This document shows positions 27,097-33,749 of a stretch of 42,480 nucleotides of DNA, piece by piece. A program made the position numbers and the translations under genes. The notes under the pieces were generated by a model, which saw only the letters and a program-made list of their open reading frames with translations, ran no database searches and was not told the origin of the DNA. Every line of letters starts with the position of its first letter. Position 1 is the stretch's first letter. Source of the DNA: Omnitrophica bacterium GWA2_41_15. Its GTDB lineage: Bacteria > Omnitrophota > Gorgyraeia > Gygaellales > UBA12090. The stretch covers positions 1 to 42,480 of the forward strand of contig CAKKRH010000005.1 of assembly GCA_919902675.1 (NCBI GenBank), given 5' to 3'.

Positions 27097-28767
27097 ATGA
27101 TTTCCCATCTCACCATTAAAAACTTTGGCCTCTTTGACCATATCACGATAGAATTCTCCAAGGGCCTGAATATCTTAACCGGAGAAACCGGCGCGGGGAA
27201 GTCCATCCTCATTGACGGGCTGCGCTATGCCCTGGGCGAACGCCTTGACCCCTCTCAAATTCGCGACCCCCAACAACCTTGCGCGGTAGAAGCTATTTTT
27301 GAAATATCGAAAAATCTGGTAAATGACTATGAAGCCCTATCTGAATTTCTCCCGGAAAAAGAAACCTCTCTGATTATCAACCGCGCCTACCTTCCTGACG
27401 GCCGTAACCGGGCCAGGATAAACGGCCTCTCGGTAACGATTGCGCGGCTCAAAGAATTAGGCAACCACCTCCTTGATTTCCACGGCCCCCACGACCATCA
27501 GATGCTCCTTTCTTCTGACGCCCATTTATCCATGCTTGACAGGCTTAGCAATATTAACGCGCCCAAAAACGAATACAGCCAGATATACCGGAAGTATCTT
27601 GAGCTTGCCGGGGAACAGGAGAAATTAAAGGAATTATCGTCGTCACGAGAAAGAGATATCGAAATCTTAAAACACCAAATCCGGGAACTAGAACAAGTTC
27701 CTCTTGAAGAAGAGAAATATACTGAATTACTGGAAAAACAAAGCAGGCTGAACAACTCCGAAAAACTCTATGAGCGCGCCGGCTGGCTCATCAACGCCAT
27801 TGAAAATGACGAATCCGGGATTTCTCAGGCTATTACCAAAGCCTTTCCCCATATACGGCTTTTAAACAATATTGACCCGGCCACCTCAGTGCTCACTGAA
27901 AACCTAAACCAGATCCAGGAAAAAAGCGATGAAATCTTATCATACCTGAGAGACTACCTGGAAAAACTCTCTTTTGAACCGCGAGAGGCAAATGAAATCA
28001 ATAAGTCTTATGATACCTACATTGAGCTTAAGCGAAAATACGGCCCCAGCTTAGACGAAGTCAGTAAATTTTACCAATCTGCCAAAGAGAAATATGATGC
28101 CCTGATTAATTTTGAGATAAACTCCGCTGAGCTGAATGAAAAAATAAGCTCCCTGCGCAAGGAATTAGCCCGGATCGCCCAAAAAATTACCAAAAAAAGA
28201 AAGGCAGCCGCCGACAGCCTCAAGGAGACAATCGAAAAGGAATTACAAGAGCTAGGGATTACGCACGCGCGGTTTGAATGCGGGATTGAAAAGGCTGAAC
28301 TTAACCCTGACGGGCAGGATAAGGTTATTTTCTATATCAGCCCAAACGCGGGAGAGGATTTAAAACCGTTAGCTGAAATTGTGTCATCGGGCGAGGCGGC
28401 ACGGCTGATGCTGGCCTTAAAGAAGGCCTTGATAAAAGTTGACCCCATACCGGTTTTGATTTTTGATGAGATAGATGCCCAGATAGGCGGGCGCTTAGGC
28501 ACTATTACCGGTAAAAAACTCAAAGAACTCTCTGTTGATAGACAGGTGATTCTCATCACCCACCTGCCCCAAATAGCCTCTTTTGCCGATACTCACTTTA
28601 AGATCTACAAAAAAATAGAAAACAACCGCACTCTAACCGCGATAGAAGAGCTTGACGCAGCCAAAAAGATAAAAGAAATAGCCAAGATGATGAGCGGAGA
28701 AAAGGAAAGCGCTATCGCCATAACCCACGCCCAGGAAATGCTCACCCAGGCAAAAAACCTGCCTTAG
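27097..28767 (+). CDS. recN: DNA repair protein RecN
   Basis: 556 aa with an SMC-like head (NILTGETGAGKSI), a long coiled coil, and C-terminal signature and Walker B (SGGEAARLMLALK, LIFDEIDAQIGG). Confidence 0.95.
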   Translation: MISHLTIKNFGLFDHITIEFSKGLNILTGETGAGKSILIDGLRYALGERLDPSQIRDPQQPCAVEAIFEISKNLVNDYEALSEFLPEKETSLIINRAYLPDGRNRARINGLSVTIARLKELGNHLLDFHGPHDHQMLLSSDAHLSMLDRLSNINAPKNEYSQIYRKYLELAGEQEKLKELSSSRERDIEILKHQIRELEQVPLEEEKYTELLEKQSRLNNSEKLYERAGWLINAIENDESGISQAITKAFPHIRLLNNIDPATSVLTENLNQIQEKSDEILSYLRDYLEKLSFEPREANEINKSYDTYIELKRKYGPSLDEVSKFYQSAKEKYDALINFEINSAELNEKISSLRKELARIAQKITKKRKAAADSLKETIEKELQELGITHARFECGIEKAELNPDGQDKVIFYISPNAGEDLKPLAEIVSSGEAARLMLALKKALIKVDPIPVLIFDEIDAQIGGRLGTITGKKLKELSVDRQVILITHLPQIASFADTHFKIYKKIENNRTLTAIEELDAAKKIKEIAKMMSGEKESAIAITHAQEMLTQAKNLP

Positions 28768-28810
28768 TAAAGGGTTAAAAAGCAAAATTATCTTCCTATC
28801 ATCCATAAAT

Positions 28811-28849
28811 AGATAAGGCCCGACACTATGCTAGTGCCGAGCCTTATCT
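28811..28849. terminator. Bidirectional terminator hairpin between convergent recN and cspA
   Basis: 16-nt arms AGATAAGGCCCGACAC / GTGCCGAGCCTTATCT with 14 of 16 positions paired. A/T-rich flanks on both sides. Confidence 0.6.
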
Positions 28850-28859
28850 ACAACAAAAA

Positions 28860-29063
28860 CTATACCTTCTTTACGTTTGTTGCCTGGGGGCCTTTTTGAC
28901 CCTCTTCAACTTCAAATTCAACCGCTTGTCCCTCGGCTAAAGATTTAAAACCTTCGCCTTGGATCGCGTTGTGATGAACAAAACAATCCTTGCTTCCGTC
29001 ATCAGGCGTTATAAATCCATAGCCTTTCTGATCGCTGAACCATTTAACTTTACCTTTTGCCAT
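28860..29063 (-). CDS. cspA: Cold-shock protein
   Basis: 67 aa with RNP1/RNP2 motifs (KGYGFI, VHH). Confidence 0.95.
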   Translation of the reverse strand: MAKGKVKWFSDQKGYGFITPDDGSKDCFVHHNAIQGEGFKSLAEGQAVEFEVEEGQKGPQATNVKKV

Positions 29064-29184
29064 TATTCACTGCCTCCTTCCGATAAGATTTTAGCAAATA
29101 ACAGCAAAAAGAAAAAAACGCAAGGCGACTTACTTATTTACCTTGCGATTGTAAGCTTCTACTCGCCTATTCACTAATTAATTT

Positions 29185-29213
29185 ATTATACCCCAATCTT
29201 GGCTCTTTGTCAA
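29185..29213 (-). promoter_or_regulatory. Consensus sigma70 promoter of cspA
   Basis: Minus strand TTGACA (29213-29208), 17 nt, TATAAT (29190-29185). Leaves a 5' UTR of about 115 nt, as is typical of csp genes. Confidence 0.7.
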
Positions 29214-29222
29214 TTAAATTGT

Positions 29223-29290
29223 TGAAAATGATGTGGTGAAATGATGTGTATGTTTTCTGGGGACATAACTGTTTCTGGGGACACATAACT
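29223..29290. repeat. Two adjacent pairs of tandem direct repeats
   Basis: TGAAAATGATGTGG / TGAAATGATGTGT (29223-29249), then GTTTTCTGGGGACATAACT / GTTTCTGGGGACACATAACT (29252-29290). Confidence 0.6.
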
Positions 29291-29526
29291 TATTTCGACA
29301 TGTCCGGTAATTTATGCTTAGGCTTTTCGCTTAAACCTCGCCTGACGCTGGATAAGGCCGCGGAGTTCTTATAAAGCCACGCCTCATGTTCAGGGACAGC
29401 CATCATCGGCTCAAGGACAATCTTACCCTCAACCATCTCAGCATTGTAAAGGGTAGCATTTGATTTAGCCGCCCTTAGAATTTTACCTAATGGAATACGT
29501 TTGCGCTCATCTAACGACAATAACAC
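29290..29526 (-). CDS. Small AbrB/SpoVT-like (antitoxin-type) DNA-binding protein, tentative
   Basis: GTG at 29526 lies 8 nt after AGGAGG. The N-terminal SLDERKRIPLGKILR resembles the looped-hinge-helix fold. No partner toxin gene is evident. Confidence 0.35.
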   Translation of the reverse strand: MLLSLDERKRIPLGKILRAAKSNATLYNAEMVEGKIVLEPMMAVPEHEAWLYKNSAALSSVRRGLSEKPKHKLPDMSK

Positions 29527-29559
29527 GAGAAGCACCTCCTTTTTTTACTCTCTGAGTAA

Positions 29560-29588
29560 AGTATACAACATTGTATCATTGTTGTCAA
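29560..29588 (-). promoter_or_regulatory. Sigma70 promoter with palindromic spacer (operator-like)
   Basis: Minus strand TTGACA (29588-29583), 17 nt, TATACT (29565-29560). The spacer holds the inverted repeat ACAACA-N9-TGTTGT. Confidence 0.6.
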
Positions 29589-29668
29589 GTGGGTATTACC
29601 CAACTATGTATGCTCCGTCGCTGTACCCCTGACAATAACGAAACAAGGATTTCTCGATGCTTTCAATT

Positions 29669-30574
29669 TTATTGTTCTTTCGAAAAATCCGGCAAAATGT
29701 TAAGTCTCTGTTTAAAATCTTCGGTTCTTACAATATCAAGATAAAAAGAAAAGTAATCAACAAAACCATTTTTGCGATACTTTCCAGGAATATCGGCTTC
29801 GACATAACCCATTTTCCTCAAGAGACTTTCCGCATCAGATACTGCTCCTTCACCACGAGAAGAATTATTATCTATATCTTGAATACAACTATCTTTCGAT
29901 ATTGCGCTACCATCAAGATAAGGAGTACTAATAGATTTGACCTCATTACACAACTCTTTATTTTTTAGTTCGGTAGCCAACGCATAAAAACACGAAGATC
30001 TGGCATACTCAATCTGATCCCCAGGAGAAGCAAAGCCCCCTCCCATGGTAGCCCTAGGCGATATTCTGTAGCACATAGCTGGCGACTTCATATCAAGAGC
30101 TATACCCATATATGACCACTCAAGCTCATTAGCATCCCTGCAATCTTTCCACTTAGGGTCCTCCGCAGACTCCCTATCACCCACGTATATTTCTACTGCT
30201 TTAGAACCAATAAAACCTTGCTCCGAATTTACACCAATCATTAATTCACTTTCCCCTATATACTTATCATCCAACCTTAACTTAGTATTTATATTCTTTC
30301 CTTCCACATTAGTTAGCGCTTTCCCTAACATTATTAAACTTTTCGGAGAAGTGATATTTCCTTCAATAATAATTTCAATGACAACATCATCACCCGGCTT
30401 GAACTTCTGCCCTTCTTTAGGAGAAACGATTTTGATATCATATCCGGGCTCAATAGTATGCTCAAACTTATTACTTTTTCCTTCTCGACTTTGCAGATTC
30501 TCCGCGAAACCCAGATGAATAAAAGTTAAGAAGATAAAAGATATGAACAAAACATAAGTTAATACATTCTTCAT
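29669..30574 (-). CDS. Secreted protein, function unknown
   Basis: ATG at 30574 lies 6 nt after GGAGGT. Signal peptide MKNVLTYVLFISFIFLTFIHLGFA. AT-rich coding sequence with several Cys residues. Confidence 0.5.
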   Translation of the reverse strand: MKNVLTYVLFISFIFLTFIHLGFAENLQSREGKSNKFEHTIEPGYDIKIVSPKEGQKFKPGDDVVIEIIIEGNITSPKSLIMLGKALTNVEGKNINTKLRLDDKYIGESELMIGVNSEQGFIGSKAVEIYVGDRESAEDPKWKDCRDANELEWSYMGIALDMKSPAMCYRISPRATMGGGFASPGDQIEYARSSCFYALATELKNKELCNEVKSISTPYLDGSAISKDSCIQDIDNNSSRGEGAVSDAESLLRKMGYVEADIPGKYRKNGFVDYFSFYLDIVRTEDFKQRLNILPDFSKEQ

Positions 30575-30655
30575 AAAATTACCTCCATTTTTTGACGCTC
30601 CTAACTCTCTTGGCAATTAAACATTGGCAATTTTCTTGCTTAATTATCCCAAATA

Positions 30656-30952
30656 TTATGCCGGGCTCAGATAATAATTATCCCTTTGGCCTTTTCTAAA
30701 CAACTGATACCCTAATCCGGCAACCATTGCCGCGTTATCCAAATTTAATCCTTTGGCCGGGAACCAGACCCTGACCCCCGATTTTTTGGCTTCCTCTTCC
30801 ATCCGCAGGCGGAAATAATTATTTGCCGCCACCCCGCCGCCGACAACCAGGGATTTCATCCTTTTCCGCCGGCAGGCCTGGAGAGACTTTCCCACCAACA
30901 CCCTCACCACCGCCTCCTGAAACCCCGCCGCAATATCTTTTCTGAGAAAAGG
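30656..30952 (-). pseudogene. tsaD: 3' fragment of tsaD (tRNA t6A threonylcarbamoyltransferase)
   Basis: Encodes only about the last 95 residues (..RKDIAAGFQEAVVRVLVGKSLQA...LVVGGGVAANNYFR...DNAAMVAGLGY..). The reading frame runs upstream into the MITE copy at 30955 and hits TAA. There is no ATG and no N-terminal ~235 aa. Confidence 0.8.
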
Positions 30953-30954
30953 GG

Positions 30955-31034
30955 GAGAAAAGGGGTCAGAGTGATTTTATTAGCCGTCCACTTTGCCCGT
31001 TTTGTCAAGTTAAATCCCTCTGACCCCTTTTCCC
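30955..31034. mobile_element. 80-bp MITE-like element, copy A
   Basis: Terminal inverted repeats GAGAAAAGGGGTCAGAGTGATTT / AAATC(C)CTCTGACCCCTTTTCCC. Core TATTAGCCGTCCACTTTGCCCGTTTTGTCAAGTT. Confidence 0.8.
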
Positions 31035-31140
31035 CCAATCAAGGACCTTGATACCTCGAAAATTGCGAATTGAAATATGTCGAATTTTCAAATCTAACCT
31101 CACATTAGATTGAACTCCTAACACTAAGTTCTGTTTCTTC

Positions 31141-31159
31141 TCTACCTTTACCAAAGGTA
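31141..31159 (-). terminator. Hairpin 19 nt downstream of the 445-aa gene
   Basis: CTACCTTT-acc-AAAGGTAG, a perfect 8-bp stem. No U-tract. Confidence 0.3.
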
Positions 31160-31177
31160 GCTATCGGGATTACCACT

Positions 31178-32515
31178 TTATCGTTCTAAGTAAGACTTGC
31201 CAAATTTCTTATGGAACTTAGAAGGAAACTGATCTTCTTTAAGGTAAAATTTTGAGAAACGATCCTCTTTAATCCATGCGTAACTATTAAGCTTATCTTT
31301 CAGTTCTCCATATTTGGAGGGGATAGATAGTTCATCCATAACTCTCTTTACAAATGCTCGATATCTTCTCCCTACAAAATATTGCTTATATAATACGGAG
31401 GGAATAGGAAACCTTATTCCTGCATCATCACCTTCAACCTTAATACCTAAAAGCGTTGTGGGTGGAGTCAAAGTAATAAATCTTTCCTCCATACCTTTCT
31501 CTCGCAGAATATTTTTGCCAATATTTTCGATTTCCCGCACCAGCTTTGACAGTGGCTTATAATCCTCTTTAGTAATAGATTCTTGAATATTCGACAACAT
31601 TTCTCGGAGCTCTACTGTTTCCTTTTCATCCCTTATCTGAAATAGAACATCAAGGAAATCATCGCCACTCGTACTTTCACGTATTAATAACGGCAAAAAT
31701 CCTGGTAAAACGATATTACTAGCAGAATCCACTCCTCCTAATGATTTTAATGAATCACGCAACTTTCCTTGAAATCTGCCAATTCCATTAGTAAATGCCT
31801 CAGCAAAAGCTGGTCCGCTTTTAGCACCAGAATTTATACGATTAAGAAAGTCGTAAGCAAAAAAATCTCTTAATGGATGAGGCATATATGAACACTCATG
31901 TTGAGCAGCGAATACTTGATGCCATATATATTGGTTCCCTATCCATCCCATCACCGACAACATTCGTTGCACATGCTTTGATAGTTTATCCCAATTCACG
32001 CCCGCTCCGTCGCTCCCTAAGATACGTAATTGCTTTCCTAACACTTCATCAGATGGACTAGACAAAATAGCTTCAATTAACGGACTTTCTTTATCAATTC
32101 CGTGAGCACGGAAGACTAAAAAAAACTCAGAAGATGAGTATTCCCAGATAAAATCACTAAATGCATTAACCTGAAGAAAATACTCAGAGAACAAAGATCG
32201 TTCTGAACCTGCGCGAAAAGCATCTGACCATATACTCATCATAGCTGAAGAAACTTGAATTAGATCTTGATCCTCATTAGTATTAAGCGATTCAAAATGA
32301 AAAGCTTTATTTTTTAGTAAGCTTTTCCGTGCAGGAGTAAGTTCTTTCTTATAATTATCGGGAACAATTATCTGTTCATTTAGTAATACGGCTTCACAAA
32401 ATCTAGCTAAACTAACGTGTTCTATATCTAAAAGGGCCGGTTCTTTTAGTAGGGCCTTACCAAGAGTGCGCTGAACACTTGAAATAGTTGAATTATCAAT
32501 TAAAACCCTACTCAT
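31178..32515 (-). CDS. Orphan 445-aa protein, function unknown
   Basis: ATG at 32515 lies 4 nt after AGGAGG (the track start at 32536 is less likely). No signal peptide or TM and no motif I recognise. Very AT-rich. Confidence 0.6.
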   Translation of the reverse strand: MSRVLIDNSTISSVQRTLGKALLKEPALLDIEHVSLARFCEAVLLNEQIIVPDNYKKELTPARKSLLKNKAFHFESLNTNEDQDLIQVSSAMMSIWSDAFRAGSERSLFSEYFLQVNAFSDFIWEYSSSEFFLVFRAHGIDKESPLIEAILSSPSDEVLGKQLRILGSDGAGVNWDKLSKHVQRMLSVMGWIGNQYIWHQVFAAQHECSYMPHPLRDFFAYDFLNRINSGAKSGPAFAEAFTNGIGRFQGKLRDSLKSLGGVDSASNIVLPGFLPLLIRESTSGDDFLDVLFQIRDEKETVELREMLSNIQESITKEDYKPLSKLVREIENIGKNILREKGMEERFITLTPPTTLLGIKVEGDDAGIRFPIPSVLYKQYFVGRRYRAFVKRVMDELSIPSKYGELKDKLNSYAWIKEDRFSKFYLKEDQFPSKFHKKFGKSYLER

Positions 32516-32707
32516 ACAACCTCCTAACAAAACCATATCCCGCTATTTATTCGAAAAACCTAGAAGCGTCCCGTAGTTTTATTCAGGGACAGTTTCCGCT
32601 TTGGCGCTGAGACACTTTCCCGATTAATGCGGAAAACGCCACTTGCGCCAACGGTCAACCGAACGATTCACGAAACAAGCTCCCCACGGAAGGCTTTGGC
32701 TAAAAAT

Positions 32708-32787
32708 GAGAAAAGGGGTCAGAGTGATTTAACTTGACAAAACGGGCAAAGTGGACGGCTAATAAAATCACTCTGACCCCTTTTCCC
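32708..32787. mobile_element. 80-bp MITE-like element, copy B (inverted relative to copy A)
   Basis: Same termini as copy A. The core AACTTGACAAAACGGGCAAAGTGGACGGCTAATA is the exact reverse complement of the copy A core. Confidence 0.8.
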
Positions 32788-32814
32788 TGATTTTGTAAGA
32801 AAATTAAGGGCGGT

Positions 32815-33480
32815 TTATGACCTTGAGAGTTCGGCGATTGCTTTGACATGCTCCCAAGAAGAAGCTAAGAAAATATTTGCTTGCCCAGCTTCTTTTGACG
32901 GGCTATTTGATAATACCCCGATCAATTTATCAGTTCCCTTAAGTACAACTGGCGAACCGCTAAAACCACCAGCGACCGCACCTGTTATTTGGATATTTTT
33001 TCTTACTCCTGCATGACGTAAAGCAGCACCAATCACTCCCTCTGCATATGTTGGCGCGTGTGTGGAGTTCAGCAACTGTTGACCAAGCGGAAAACCAGCA
33101 TATCCAACGGGTTCACCTACCCCTGGATTGGCATTAACCAAAACCAGGCCGTCTTGTGATTCTTTATCAATAAAATCCTGGGGAACTTCAGCAAGCCGCA
33201 ATATGGATAAATCGTGGTCCAAATCGATACAGCTCACTACTGCCCTGCTATATTTTCCCATATTCCCCACCACCAGCAATCCTATCAATTCAATCGGAGC
33301 TCCTAATAAATTTTCAACAACATGTGCACAAGTAATTAGCACTTTGTAATCTTTTAACCAAAACGCTGTTGCAATTACATCGAGCCCCTCGATAAATGCT
33401 TTTCCTTGTGATGGTTGAAACTTCGGTCTTAAAGTTCCAATGGCACGTACAGCTTTATATACAAGTGGATTATTTTCCAC
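32815..33480 (-). CDS. Cytoplasmic trypsin-fold (S1/Trypsin_2-like) serine protease
   Basis: 221 aa with no signal peptide. Catalytic triad candidates are H53 (TCAHVV), D90 (DHDLSILRL) and S174 (GGFSGSPVV). GTG start overlaps the upstream gene by 11 nt. Confidence 0.8.
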   Translation of the reverse strand: MENNPLVYKAVRAIGTLRPKFQPSQGKAFIEGLDVIATAFWLKDYKVLITCAHVVENLLGAPIELIGLLVVGNMGKYSRAVVSCIDLDHDLSILRLAEVPQDFIDKESQDGLVLVNANPGVGEPVGYAGFPLGQQLLNSTHAPTYAEGVIGAALRHAGVRKNIQITGAVAGGFSGSPVVLKGTDKLIGVLSNSPSKEAGQANIFLASSWEHVKAIAELSRS

Positions 33481-33739
33481 ATGACACCTTACCTTCTGCT
33501 ACTGCGATTCTATTGAGATGGAAGTGAACGACGAGGTTTACTGCGGATCGCTTTCCCTCAGTGCTACTCATTTTGTATTTGTTGAGCTTACGAATACATT
33601 CATCTAAAGCCAGGTTTAATTTCAGCGCTTCCTCAAACTTTATTTTCAAGTTTAGCACCTTGGTATCTCCACTCACCTTGGACTTTTCAGGGCTATATTC
33701 TGATATTTCACAAGCCCCAAAACTAAAAGTCTTCTCCAT
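33470..33739 (-). CDS. 89-aa protein, function unknown, translationally coupled to the protease
   Basis: ATG at 33739 lies 5 nt after AGGAGG and 10 nt after the methyltransferase stop codon. No recognisable motif. Confidence 0.55.
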   Translation of the reverse strand: MEKTFSFGACEISEYSPEKSKVSGDTKVLNLKIKFEEALKLNLALDECIRKLNKYKMSSTEGKRSAVNLVVHFHLNRIAVAEGKVSCGK

Positions 33740-33749
33740 ATTTACCTCC

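Noticed and set aside
30980-31015. TTGACA ... TAATAA inside the MITE core as an outward-facing promoter.
   Set aside because: The spacer is 20 nt (23 nt to TAAAAT), outside the 16-18 nt used by every convincing promoter in this window.
32537-32707. Structured leader as a retron msr/msd or group II intron fragment.
   Set aside because: There is no reverse transcriptase gene in the window and no recognisable intron domain V/VI sequence.
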